DNA of 44,615 bases from Trichomonas gallinae (taxonomy: Eukaryota). Below the pieces are notes generated by a model that did no database searches, was not told the origin of the DNA, and saw only the letters and a program-made list of their open reading frames with translations. Each line of letters opens with the position of its first letter. The stretch's first letter is position 1. Below, in pieces: positions 1-11,028 of the stretch. The position numbers and the translations under genes are program-made. The stretch is taken from NCBI GenBank assembly GCA_008369845.1, contig MRSU01010694.1, forward strand, positions 1 to 44,615, read 5' to 3'.

Positions 1-30
1 TCCCCATGGACGTCGCTCTGACTGGCTGAT

Positions 31-1269
31 ATGAAGCACTTTTTCAAATTTTGTAAACCATTCAAACCTACCCCCTTAAATAGGGCCGAGAGAATTAAAG
101 CAGGGGTACTTAAAAAAAGAAAAGAAATGTCATTTAGCCATAAAATAAGGAAAGGCTGGTATCTTTATATACCTATTCAAGAAGGTTCACCTAATGAGAC
201 TTTTATGTGGGTAGAAATTAAAGATTACTGGATCACAATTTCGAGAAAACACAATGATCCACCAATAATAACGCTAAACATCGGAATGACATCTATAAAA
301 TTAGCAGAATCAAATTATACGCGATCATATAATAACAGCATCGAATTAGAAGCGACAGGATTTCAAAAAAGTCCGAAAATTAGATTATCAACAAATAACA
401 GATTCGACATATTAGCATTCTGCAAAGCTTTTATAGATGGTGCAGAATCATGGAGAGAATTTACGCAAATTGCTGAAATGCAATCAAATTTTTCTTTTGA
501 TTGCATAGATTATACGAAATCAGTCATTGGAAATGAAATATCGATATCATTGGATGATCAATTCATGTATATTTGCAGAGAAATGAATCAAATTCAGAAA
601 ATTCCTTATCAATTAATTCAATCTTGCACTCCTAAGTGTTATGATGAACATCAAGGATTAAAAGTTAAAATTACTATAGATAGCAATGATTTCGTTGTGA
701 AATGCAAAAATAATAATGAAATGATTGAATTTGTGACAAAAATTCAATATCATTTGGCAAAACAATACTCGTCAATGCCTAATCAAGCAGTACCAAATAC
801 TTATCAGATGTCTCAGGGATTTGTTCCACAAAATCATTTAATGAATCAAATTACTCCACCAAATGCATTTATGCTTCACCAGTTTTCATCTATAGTCAAC
901 ACAAATCAACAATCCATCTCACTTTCTCCTCCACCTGCAACTGGATCTCCAATATTCCAATTTATGAATAATGCAGATTTTTATAAGACACAATCTGCAA
1001 GTTCTAGTCCTAAAGATAGTAATTTGAAACCAGAAAAATCAGTTGAAATAAAAAATGTTGAAAAATCCCTATTAATTGAAGAAAATAAAGAAGTTAAACC
1101 ACTGATCAATGTACAACCAGAACCAGTTAAAGAATCTAAGGAAGAATCAACAACAACAGAACCATCTACGGTAAATATTGAAAATGATAAATTCCAATCA
1201 CTTGAAATAGAGATTAATGAAGAAGAGGATCATTATGTAGATCCATTTGATGAAGAAGAGTTTTACTAA
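31..1269 (+). CDS. Hypothetical protein, possible PH-like domains N-terminally, low-complexity Q/P/S- and E-rich tail
   Basis: 412-aa ORF with an in-frame stop at 19-21 upstream of the ATG. Beta-rich segments end in helices (e.g. FVVKCKNNNEMIEFVTKI), reminiscent of PH folds. TTGTTTGTA motif follows the stop. Confidence 0.75.
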   Translation: MKHFFKFCKPFKPTPLNRAERIKAGVLKKRKEMSFSHKIRKGWYLYIPIQEGSPNETFMWVEIKDYWITISRKHNDPPIITLNIGMTSIKLAESNYTRSYNNSIELEATGFQKSPKIRLSTNNRFDILAFCKAFIDGAESWREFTQIAEMQSNFSFDCIDYTKSVIGNEISISLDDQFMYICREMNQIQKIPYQLIQSCTPKCYDEHQGLKVKITIDSNDFVVKCKNNNEMIEFVTKIQYHLAKQYSSMPNQAVPNTYQMSQGFVPQNHLMNQITPPNAFMLHQFSSIVNTNQQSISLSPPPATGSPIFQFMNNADFYKTQSASSSPKDSNLKPEKSVEIKNVEKSLLIEENKEVKPLINVQPEPVKESKEESTTTEPSTVNIENDKFQSLEIEINEEEDHYVDPFDEEEFY

Positions 1270-1789
1270 CTTGTAATTTTTTTTTTGTTTGTAATTATAA
1301 ATTTTGAATTTCGGAATATAATCATATACACTCTTAATTGACCCATAAACTCATTAAAGCATAGTATCCTATCATTGGCCACATTATTCAACAGTTAAAA
1401 GGCTGTATTATATCCTTAGAAATTCCCCTATAATGATGAGGATGAGGAGAAGGATATCTACTGCATCTATATTCTTCTCATCATTCAAACTTAATGAAAT
1501 CCTTCATGATAAAATAGATGATACAAAGCATATAATATCTTATTTCTCCTAAATGATGCAACATATATTATCAGATCTTTCAGAATATATTTAAATTACT
1601 TGACGTTGTTTTTTGATTAAAAAATTACCTTATTCTAAAAATGTAAGAAAATCGTTTCCATGAGATCCAAAATGTTCATCATCTACATAAGAAAAGCATG
1701 TAAAATGGTCGAGCTATCGTTTTCATATAAATATAATAATATCGAAAATCATTTATAGGAAAATTACAAAAAAATATGAATATAATAAA

Positions 1790-3499
1790 TTAATTATCAT
1801 CACTTGACGCTTTTTCGCTTCCTTCGGCATAGTCCTTAATCTCCTGCGCAGCGTGAGCCATGTGCTTCCTCATTATATTGAACAGGATGCTTGTGAGAAC
1901 AGTCTCAGGCTTCCTTGGATCAGCTTCGGCTGCTTTCGCGAGCATGTTGTCTGCGTTCTTTATGTCTGTGCTCTTCTGCCCATCTTTGTCCCCGCACATG
2001 TGTACGCGCGCGAATGTGAGATAGTTGAGCGTGTTGAGTTCCTTCTCTTTTGTAAGAGATGACTCGAGAATCATCCTAGACATCGCGCGAGAAGCGGCTT
2101 CGTAGTCGCCAGAAAGCATGATTCCCTGAAGGCTGTAGATCTTTGCGAGGTACTGCTGCTGTTGCTGATGCCTGTCTGTTGTGTTTGCGCTGATGATAGG
2201 GCCGCACATCTCGCTAGCCATCTTTCCATCGCCTGTTTCGAGGCAGATGAAACTGCAGAGCATTCTCGCGCGGTTTGCGATGTCTGATTGATTGGCATTG
2301 CAGAGCTGGATGCAGTTGCGGGCGCATGTTATACCGAATTCGAGTGTCATCTCTGGATTCTTCTTCTGGTCGAGTTCGAATAATCTCGAATCTGTAGCGG
2401 GAAGGAGATAATATGTCTGTGAGCTTGTGCATAATTTCTGTGCAACAATAGGAGAAAATTGAGTACGCTGGCGTGCTTTGGCAATGCGTTGTTTGTAGTA
2501 CATAACAATGCATTCTGAAAGACGAAGCCATAAGTAAGGACTGTTACGCATTAATGGAATAACAGAGTGTAAGTATTTAAATGCACGTCTCGGTTTTCGT
2601 TTCTGAAGTAGAGAAATGCCTAAATTATATGCAATTTGATGATAAGGATACGTAAGATGATTATTTGTACGTGAATTTAACGCACGAGAGAAATGAAGAA
2701 GAGCTGAGTTATAATGACCTTTAATTAGCTCGAATAAGCCGCGATTATTATAAACTGCAAAATTAACAGGATGAGCGATTGTTTCTAATATAGAATTGGA
2801 TTTTTCAATCTCACCAAAGTGGTAGGCAAGGCATGAAAGCGGAATTCCTTTAAATGGAGATAATTTTGGATTATGCTTCGCAGCTTCAGAAATATCTAAG
2901 CCTTGCATTAATTTTTGGTATTGTTCTCTAGTTTTGGAGCTAACTTTTTCTCTGAGAAGCTGAACAACGTCAATTCTAAATTTTGCATTTAAAATCGTTT
3001 CTGTATAATATGCGATGATATTTGGATCTATATTCTTTGTCTGTACAACTGCTTGGATGGATTCCTGTGTCGGAAATGTTGCTTTGATGAAATTCATCGC
3101 TTTTTCAAGATTTGAAGTCAAATTTGATCTGCAAGCAAGCTCGATTGTTAGAACTGTTATTGAAAGCATCAATAATTTATCTTGTTTGTCGTAGTTATTC
3201 CATAAATCTGTTAATATATTTTCTGTTTTCGTGTAAGCGCAAAATTTCATAGAATATAAAGCAATGTGGTATAAAACAAGCGGCCACGATGGATTTGCCG
3301 GCCATTGATTTGAACTTGTATCTTGGCGAATAGAATCTGCGAGCTTTATCAAATCTTGAAGCGGCGAATCTCCATTTTGCAAGTATTTGCAAATTGTCAA
3401 GTTGTGTGTCTCCTGCACAGAAAGATCTTGATTTGAGCTCAAATCTTGAATGATTTTGGTATAATTTTTATTATAAAATAGCTGTTGATGAGAACTCAT
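1790..3499 (-). CDS. CNOT10: CCR4-NOT complex subunit 10 (TPR protein)
   Basis: TPR-like segments VYNNRGLFEL..GHYNSALLHFSRAL and YNLGISLL..KPRRAF..L..NSPYLWLRLSECIV match the CNOT10 signature (NPxLWLRLAECCI). ATG at 3499 is chosen over the track's TTG start because GTCACTTT Inr lies ~10 nt upstream. Confidence 0.85.
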   Translation of the reverse strand: MSSHQQLFYNKNYTKIIQDLSSNQDLSVQETHNLTICKYLQNGDSPLQDLIKLADSIRQDTSSNQWPANPSWPLVLYHIALYSMKFCAYTKTENILTDLWNNYDKQDKLLMLSITVLTIELACRSNLTSNLEKAMNFIKATFPTQESIQAVVQTKNIDPNIIAYYTETILNAKFRIDVVQLLREKVSSKTREQYQKLMQGLDISEAAKHNPKLSPFKGIPLSCLAYHFGEIEKSNSILETIAHPVNFAVYNNRGLFELIKGHYNSALLHFSRALNSRTNNHLTYPYHQIAYNLGISLLQKRKPRRAFKYLHSVIPLMRNSPYLWLRLSECIVMYYKQRIAKARQRTQFSPIVAQKLCTSSQTYYLLPATDSRLFELDQKKNPEMTLEFGITCARNCIQLCNANQSDIANRARMLCSFICLETGDGKMASEMCGPIISANTTDRHQQQQQYLAKIYSLQGIMLSGDYEAASRAMSRMILESSLTKEKELNTLNYLTFARVHMCGDKDGQKSTDIKNADNMLAKAAEADPRKPETVLTSILFNIMRKHMAHAAQEIKDYAEGSEKASSDDN

Positions 3500-3508
3500 T
3501 TCTTTACA

Positions 3509-3516
3509 AAAGTGAC
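3509..3516 (-). promoter_or_regulatory. Inr element (GTCACTTT) of CNOT10
   Basis: AAAGTGAC on the + strand, about 10 nt upstream of the ATG; contains the trichomonad Inr consensus TCAY(T/A). Confidence 0.65.
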
Positions 3517-3723
3517 ATCTTACAAAAAGTGTCAATGTCAAAATATTAACCTTTTTTAATTTTAAAATTTAATCATTTTATATTTCTTATAATAACGAAA
3601 TATATCTATATTTCAAATTTTAAGCCGAAATATTAAATATATATTATAATGCAAAAAATTTAAATTCATAATCAATATATTATATTTGATCATTCAATAG
3701 CATTCATATTTTTCTATCAATTG

Positions 3724-4110
3724 ATGCGCGACAAACTTGTTCAGGATGAGTCAGATGGGTTGCTGAATTTATGATGACCGGCACCAAGACAATCGGCATT
3801 GTCGTCGCTAAGCTCGGCAGGGATGGCGTCATTGAGGCTGCCAAGAAGCTCCCATAGAGCGAGGGACACTTAATTATCAGAGACAGCACTGTCCAAGTCG
3901 TCGAAGATGTCCTATATGTCATCAAGATGAACGTATTATGCCGAGACCTTTACAAGTGCTCATGCGAGACTCTCGAAGCCTCGTAGAGACTAGCCTCAAG
4001 CAGAGCATTGATCCTTAAGCCTTAATGGATTACTAGGAGTCAAGCGATGTCAAGGACCAAGTCAAATTTGCTACAAATGCTGGTGAGTGTGCATCAGCCT
4101 TTATGTTTTA
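3724..4110 (+). pseudogene. Degraded fragment, probably PfkB-family carbohydrate kinase C-terminal half
   Basis: GC-richer island with coding-like codons (GTC/AAG/GGC). Manual translation across frames gives IGIVVAKLGRDGV, ETFTSA and VKFATNAG, resembling PfkB motifs (VVxKLGxxG, GDxF, a.FAnAag). It is interrupted by stops and frameshifts. Confidence 0.45.
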
Positions 4111-4686
4111 AAAGGCTGAGTTTGCTTTATTATTAAACAGTATCATATAAAATCACTAATTTTTTAATAATGATATTTTAGATGATATTTTATATGAAAA
4201 ACAATTTAAATGACAGAATTTTAAGACATTATAACATTGAAAGCTTGTTCCTCCAAAATAAACGTTATATCTTTCAATAATGCATCAAGGAACTAGTTTT
4301 CATATCCAAAATATGCTTTAATGAATTTTTATACATGTTGTCATTGTGCGGCCAACATTTCATGAACAATTATGAATTTTTTCATCAATTTTTGCAGTAT
4401 ATCGGCCAGCATTTTGCATAATTCAGCATTTTATGGCCATCACTACAGCAATGATTTAAAGTGTCTAAAATAGCAAATTTTATATTCAAAAAATCACTAA
4501 AGAGAAATTTTGATTAAATCTCAATGATCAGCTGATGATGCTTCGTTGTTTTTATTACCAACACATAACTCTAGACCTCTATAATAAGATTCTATCAGTT
4601 AAAAGTGATTATAACAATAGCATTTGAAGTTTGCCGCCACGAAAAAACCTCGAAGATTTTTTTTATAAAAAAATAAAAATAAAAAA

Positions 4687-7600
4687 ATGTTGAGGCGCAA
4701 AAACTCGCTGTGCATTGCTCAAGGTTTTTCCAAACGACGTGAGATTGCCAAGATCTTCGAGCTTCGCAACAAGGTAAACGAAAACGACGAATATAACTCG
4801 AATTTACCAGAATATCCATTTTTTTGCGCACTTCCATCATTTGCGAAGGCAGATATCGATTACCTTAGCGTAGAAAGGAATGATGACAAAACTATTAAGG
4901 ATGATTTGCTTTTTTTGAAATATGATTTCAAATATAGTTCAGCGCTTCTTCAAACATTACAATCATTAACGAAAACGATATACAATCCTTCAGATCTTTT
5001 CGTATTAGTTACCTACTACCAAGCAATTACACTTTGTTTTATTACGCCAAATGAATTAGATTCAGAAGGCCTCAGAATGCTCATAGAATGCTTAACAAAA
5101 TGCGGATTTACAGCGCATTTCGAGTTTGGAAATCTAATATTTCGAGAATTGATGAAAATAACATTTACAGAATTGAATTTAGAACTAGATTCAGAATGTG
5201 TCGATGCAATTATTAACCATATTGGCCTCACTGATTCATTGCCAACTAATATTTACCAATATTACGTCGCGTTTATGAAATATGTTATCAACAATCCGCA
5301 TTTTGATAGAAACGAGCAAGTAATCTTACTATTAAACCGTTTGATCTACGAGAAACGAAAATTCTTACAAGTTCCTGATTTAGCTCAGCTGGAAGAAATT
5401 GTATTCCCATATGTTTATATTTTTGATTCTAATGCTTTGTCAATCATATCACAACTTACAGTTTTCAATCTTGATGGTTATACTTTAGAAATTTTCACAA
5501 CTCTCGCTGGAAAAATCGTAAATTATATTAAACAAAACGAAATCCCTCTAATTCCAGATACTGATAAACAGTTAAGTTCTAATTCACAACTTATATCATC
5601 ACAGCAACATCTACATTACAAAACACCAATTTCCCAATCAGAATTATATGATATTATTAAAAATAGCATTCAAACAGAAACAATATCCCCACAAATGAAA
5701 GAGATATGTACAAGAATATCAACAAATCTTCAAAAATCGGCTCAAAAATGTCTTCACTTATTTTTCATTTCTTTATCTCAAGAATTAGAATCCCACGAGA
5801 ACGAAAAGTTTTATTACACGATAATGTCAGTTTTTATAACAATATTCATGGACCTTCAAGCAGAGCCAACAGTGAATGATGTCCAAAATACTCACTTGTC
5901 AAAAATTTTCAAAATCCGCCAGTCAATATTTGAGCCAGAGAATCTCTGTCCTATAATCAGCAGCCTCAAAACAGACGTTCTTATATTCTACTCCAAATTC
6001 CCTTCGAATTTCATCATAGAGCTCTTGAAAGAATTGCAAGGTGATCCAATGGTTATTGGAGAACTTGCTGCGAGAATGTACGCGAACAAAATATTAGTTT
6101 ATGAGCCTCTTCTTTTGACAATATTAATAGAAAGCGCCAACAAACTGAAATTCTTCGACACCAAACTTTCAATATTTAGCCAGTATGGAATTTTGTGCTA
6201 TATCAGTTATATCGTCAACATGAAACCAGAATTATTGTTCGATAACAGAATTTTCACTTATTCTTATTTCCAATATTTATCATGCGAAACATTCACTGAT
6301 TTTATTATATCAAACATTAGATCGTGTTTCATGAAAAGCGAGTTTTCATTTAACCTTCAGTATCTATCGGACTTCATTAATGACTATTCGATGAGTGCTG
6401 ATAATGTAGATGCAATTGGAATATTACTGAAATTAATTGGAGAGATTGTTTATTATAATCCGAAAATATCATATATAATGAAAGAATCAACTGATTTCAT
6501 TTTGAATTTCGCATCACTAAGCAATGATATTGACACATTCAATGCAATTATCAAGATATTCATTATCTATTGCTATCATAACACTTCATATAACCTTCCA
6601 CTAAATTGTGTAGAAAGAATGACATATGTTTTTCAAAAGGCTGACACAAAGTTTTTGACAAGTCAGATTTCAAACATTTTATCACGCTCACCATCAAATG
6701 AACCAAATGAAGTGTGTTTATTGCTGAATCCATCTTTCGTTTTACCTTTGCTGATGACAGAATCTATTTCATCAATAGTTTTAGAAAAATTAATCAAACT
6801 TTGCCAAATGTCAAGAAATAACATACATAGGCTCCATATATACAAGATTGATACAATTCTTTTGAATTCTCTTCTAGGTGAATTTAGTTATGATTGTGTC
6901 AAAATCAATTTAAGCTTAGATCCAAAGAGAGTTTTGAATCTCGTCGAGCAAATCTCAATAGAAATCTCAAACGAGCCAATAATCAAGAACTGGATAATGC
7001 TGATCAAGCATAGACCGGAGATAAACGCTGGAAAGTACTTCAACAAAGCCCTTAACTTATCTATGAACATGCCGTCTAAAAAATATCCGCTTAAAATTTC
7101 AAATAAATTATCGACGATTTCTGGAATTAATTCTACAATCTTCGACTTGGAATATTCTTTCATGATAAAGTTCAAAGTTGACAATTCATATCTACACAAC
7201 ACACATTCAACATTAAGATTGTTTTACGTGACAGATGAAAACAACAGCTTCGAGATTGCATTCGATGGAATTTGTTTATACGCTAAAACAATGATAGGCC
7301 CTGAACCGCATCATGTATTGATCAGCTCGAACAACTCGTGGAATGAAGAAGTAACAATGATAATAACTGTTAATTTCGATGGAGAAAAATCAAAAATCGC
7401 GACAGTCAAAAATGACACGAAACTGCCTGTCTGCGAGATAGATTATCCAATATTCAGAGACAAAGCGACAGTTACCATTGGAGGTGGAACAACAGAGAAT
7501 ACCAAAGAAGATGATTTCGGCTATTTCTTGGATTTCGCGATAGCAAACAAACAGCTCAGCTGCGAAAATCTTACTGACGGAGTTTTTGTCACAATCAAAG

Positions 7601-10600
7601 GAGTCGTTGAAGGATTTTTGTATCCTGATGGCACAGATTTGTCTGAAGTGAAGTTTGAGATATCTGACAGCAAATACCATTTGAGCATTTTTGATATATT
7701 CAAGAGAACGAATTTAATCACGAAATACATGCGCGCGGCAATTTATTCAAATGATTATCTGGAACAGAATTTGATAAATGCACTTTCGGCGATGAAAATC
7801 TGCGACATTCACGTGAACTGCTATAAGAGATTCTACGGAATCGGAAAGTTCATAAACAACAAGCTGTATTATAACAAATGCGGAACATTGAGATTATTCA
7901 AGGTAATAGTGAACACAATTCCATTCATCCCTCAGCCATGCCAAGTTGAATTATTAGACAATGTTTTGTTCTCGCTTTATTCATGGATTTATGTACCTTA
8001 TGATGATTTAATTGAGATCATCGATTGCTGGTCAGGCCAGTTGATGTATTCATACATAGACATATTCGAGAATCTCTCAATTATTTCGAGAATTGTTGCC
8101 GACATGTTTACTAACGTCACTGATCCAAAAGTTGAGATTTTCACTGCCGAGCAGATGAATACAATTGTCGAGAAACTCACAGAATTCCTCAAAGATTTGG
8201 CTTCACTCAAAATTACCGAGTCAGACATTCAGTTATTGGCAGCATGTGCATCAAATTCATCGCAACCATATACATATTTATCAATCATCGAATCTGTTTC
8301 TTCACAGTTGATAAATCTTAACAACACGAATGAAGTGAAGCAAGGACTCCAGTTATTGATATCTCATGCTGATCATGTTGTTGTCTCCAGTTCATTGTTT
8401 ATCTTGAATTTCTTCCAATTTTCGAATCATGCGACTGAAACACTTTCTCAATTATTAAGAATGAATCCCAATGTCGCAGAAAGCGTCGCAGATTCATTAT
8501 TGCCGAGACTTAAAGACAATCCAAGAATGTTCTTGCTTATTTGCGCTTTGGTTCTTGAATGCGATCAATCCGTGTTAATCAAGACAGCCCAAGCAATACA
8601 ATCAACGACATCAAGTATAATCAATGAATCAATATATTCAGGAATGTGGTTCATCTTCCCGATTTTATTCGCCATTCAACTTCCTGCCGATTTATCTGAA
8701 AATATTTTCACGATTATATCAACAGTTGCATTGAAGACGAGAGTAGATATCAAGAACTCTTTAGGCTTCCTTGAATTGTGCAACAGCAGAGTGAGAATGC
8801 TGCACAGAGTTGATTATGTTGCTATTTACTTGAAATGCATGATTAACAACTGCGGAAACAATCAGTTAGTTTTTGACACGTTATTTGGTCGTCTCGCATC
8901 ACATATTGTTTATAGAGTAGATGGCCCAAGTCATCACGATGAACTGATTAATTCCATCATGGAGTCTCCTTTCGCGCAAGAAGCCAAGGACATTTTCAAA
9001 GACACTTCAATAGAAATCAAGCACGTTCGCGACATAGAAAATCTTATTTGCCAGCCTCCGAGAATATCATTCTGGTACGACAAAGTCAACACTTTATGCG
9101 AAGACTTGGTCAAGATCAATGTCAATAAAGCGAGCAGCGGAAAGGATCTTATGGAAATCATCGATCACTTAAAAGTCGGCGAAGAACTGGAAGAAAACGA
9201 ATTCGTTGCCACAAATTATGCTGCTTATTTCGAAGACGCGATGACTGAAAATAACACAACATTGAAAGAATCGCTGACGAACGCGAAGGAGAATACTAAG
9301 CCTCACAAAATACACATGTCAAATCTCCAGTCTCGCCTGAAAGAGCGAACAAACTACTTCCTTCCTAGCCCGATAAACAATGATTTGGTTCACGACAGAA
9401 CGAGATTAGGCGTCTTTTGTCCATCGAGAATGAAGATACACAGAGGATATCATAAATATCCTGGCGCGTTGAATGCGCGAGGCATACAATGCAAGCTTAT
9501 AGAGCTCGATAAGATCACAGACTTTTCCATTATCAAGCGCAACAATTCCATCATCATGACAAATGACAAGTCATCAAAAATGTTTGGTTTGGATTTGATT
9601 GTGAATGTCATCAACAGAAAACCAATGATGAACCGTTATTCATTCGAAATCTTTACGAAACCGAGAGTTACATTCTTGGTAAGCTTCAATACGAATGAAA
9701 ATATCGTCGACATCCCTTCAACAGAGATAGATATCGAAGCCAGAGTGAATAAAACTGTCGCGCAATGGCAGAAACACACAATAACTAATTTCGAGTTATT
9801 GATGAAATTAAATTTCTTGTCAGGAAGAAGTTTCGCTGATCCTGCACTTTATCCATTCATACCTTATCCATCTGATGTCACAATCAGCTCTGACTTCAGC
9901 ACTCCTCCTGCTCCATTCCCGCCACATAAAACTAAAATCGAGAACCCTGATATTCATTCGCAAAAGTTCCTAGCTGCTGATTATTTCTTCTCCATTGATG
10001 CGTATTCGAACTCTAAGACGCCTATAATCGACATGTTCGGTTTCAGAGAGAGGCTTGAATCAGACAGAATCACTGATTTGCTGCCTAGCTTCATTGATAA
10101 AGTTTGGGGCAAAGATGTAAAATTCGATTTCCAACACCAGATTTTGTTCGACGAAAAATTCCCTGCACGCGATGTAATTGATTTTGCGCAGTTCGAAAGG
10201 CAAGAGAAGCTCTGCAGCGGCATTATAACATACTGCGCACAGCTCAATTCCACAGCTTACGCTTTCTACAACAAAACACTAAGAAAGCTGACAGTCGCTA
10301 ATTATGCAGGCGGAGGATCCTATACATATGACTGCCATCAGGATTCAGTTTTCGTTGCTCATCGCGACAACCTCCACGCTTTCTACAAGAACACACACAA
10401 CTGCTATAGATCAGAAATGTGCGAATTGCCTAACGTAGACGATTTCAACTTGGTTTGTTCAACAGGCAGTCATCTAATTTACGCGCGCGAAGAGTTCATA
10501 GTTGAGAACTCAGCAATTCTTTATAGCGCTAAAGCTAGCATTGTTTGCATGTGCGCCTCATCACCATTCGATATCTTGGTTTTCTCTGACAATCTCGGAG

Positions 10601-11028
10601 AAACTCACTTTTTGTCACTTCATAGTTTCAGGAGTTTGAACAAGAAGTTCAAATTCAAAGCTTCTAAGATTTTAATCAGTGAAGGCTTAGGATTCATTTT
10701 CTTGTCGAATATGAACATTACACACATTTTCGATAGCTCATGCAGACATATTTCATCAATTACCAAATCATTCTCGCACATGTTCAGTTTGTGCATCCGC
10801 AGCGTTGAAGTTATTATATTCACAGGATCAGATTTCGCGACAGTTATTTGCCTTGATAGACCAGACATCGAGCATTCAGTGCGTGAGCTGATTGACAGCG
10901 TTTTCATCAAGTTCGATCCATCGATGGATTCAATTATCAGCGTCAGCAGACATGGAGACTTCAGAATCACGAATATTTCGAAGTTTAAGTTCATCCAATC
11001 CAGATTCTCTTCTATTCAATTTAAGTAA
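4687..11028 (+). CDS. Beige/BEACH-domain protein (helical region, ConA-like region, PH-BEACH, WD40-like C-terminus), divergent
   Basis: 2113-aa ORF. WQKHTITNFELLMKLNFLSGRSFADPALYPFIP matches the BEACH N-terminal motif; RERLESDRITDLLPSFIDKVWG matches the BEACH C-terminal motif. Beta-propeller-like C-terminus. Confidence 0.85.
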   Translation: MLRRKNSLCIAQGFSKRREIAKIFELRNKVNENDEYNSNLPEYPFFCALPSFAKADIDYLSVERNDDKTIKDDLLFLKYDFKYSSALLQTLQSLTKTIYNPSDLFVLVTYYQAITLCFITPNELDSEGLRMLIECLTKCGFTAHFEFGNLIFRELMKITFTELNLELDSECVDAIINHIGLTDSLPTNIYQYYVAFMKYVINNPHFDRNEQVILLLNRLIYEKRKFLQVPDLAQLEEIVFPYVYIFDSNALSIISQLTVFNLDGYTLEIFTTLAGKIVNYIKQNEIPLIPDTDKQLSSNSQLISSQQHLHYKTPISQSELYDIIKNSIQTETISPQMKEICTRISTNLQKSAQKCLHLFFISLSQELESHENEKFYYTIMSVFITIFMDLQAEPTVNDVQNTHLSKIFKIRQSIFEPENLCPIISSLKTDVLIFYSKFPSNFIIELLKELQGDPMVIGELAARMYANKILVYEPLLLTILIESANKLKFFDTKLSIFSQYGILCYISYIVNMKPELLFDNRIFTYSYFQYLSCETFTDFIISNIRSCFMKSEFSFNLQYLSDFINDYSMSADNVDAIGILLKLIGEIVYYNPKISYIMKESTDFILNFASLSNDIDTFNAIIKIFIIYCYHNTSYNLPLNCVERMTYVFQKADTKFLTSQISNILSRSPSNEPNEVCLLLNPSFVLPLLMTESISSIVLEKLIKLCQMSRNNIHRLHIYKIDTILLNSLLGEFSYDCVKINLSLDPKRVLNLVEQISIEISNEPIIKNWIMLIKHRPEINAGKYFNKALNLSMNMPSKKYPLKISNKLSTISGINSTIFDLEYSFMIKFKVDNSYLHNTHSTLRLFYVTDENNSFEIAFDGICLYAKTMIGPEPHHVLISSNNSWNEEVTMIITVNFDGEKSKIATVKNDTKLPVCEIDYPIFRDKATVTIGGGTTENTKEDDFGYFLDFAIANKQLSCENLTDGVFVTIKGVVEGFLYPDGTDLSEVKFEISDSKYHLSIFDIFKRTNLITKYMRAAIYSNDYLEQNLINALSAMKICDIHVNCYKRFYGIGKFINNKLYYNKCGTLRLFKVIVNTIPFIPQPCQVELLDNVLFSLYSWIYVPYDDLIEIIDCWSGQLMYSYIDIFENLSIISRIVADMFTNVTDPKVEIFTAEQMNTIVEKLTEFLKDLASLKITESDIQLLAACASNSSQPYTYLSIIESVSSQLINLNNTNEVKQGLQLLISHADHVVVSSSLFILNFFQFSNHATETLSQLLRMNPNVAESVADSLLPRLKDNPRMFLLICALVLECDQSVLIKTAQAIQSTTSSIINESIYSGMWFIFPILFAIQLPADLSENIFTIISTVALKTRVDIKNSLGFLELCNSRVRMLHRVDYVAIYLKCMINNCGNNQLVFDTLFGRLASHIVYRVDGPSHHDELINSIMESPFAQEAKDIFKDTSIEIKHVRDIENLICQPPRISFWYDKVNTLCEDLVKINVNKASSGKDLMEIIDHLKVGEELEENEFVATNYAAYFEDAMTENNTTLKESLTNAKENTKPHKIHMSNLQSRLKERTNYFLPSPINNDLVHDRTRLGVFCPSRMKIHRGYHKYPGALNARGIQCKLIELDKITDFSIIKRNNSIIMTNDKSSKMFGLDLIVNVINRKPMMNRYSFEIFTKPRVTFLVSFNTNENIVDIPSTEIDIEARVNKTVAQWQKHTITNFELLMKLNFLSGRSFADPALYPFIPYPSDVTISSDFSTPPAPFPPHKTKIENPDIHSQKFLAADYFFSIDAYSNSKTPIIDMFGFRERLESDRITDLLPSFIDKVWGKDVKFDFQHQILFDEKFPARDVIDFAQFERQEKLCSGIITYCAQLNSTAYAFYNKTLRKLTVANYAGGGSYTYDCHQDSVFVAHRDNLHAFYKNTHNCYRSEMCELPNVDDFNLVCSTGSHLIYAREEFIVENSAILYSAKASIVCMCASSPFDILVFSDNLGETHFLSLHSFRSLNKKFKFKASKILISEGLGFIFLSNMNITHIFDSSCRHISSITKSFSHMFSLCIRSVEVIIFTGSDFATVICLDRPDIEHSVRELIDSVFIKFDPSMDSIISVSRHGDFRITNISKFKFIQSRFSSIQFK

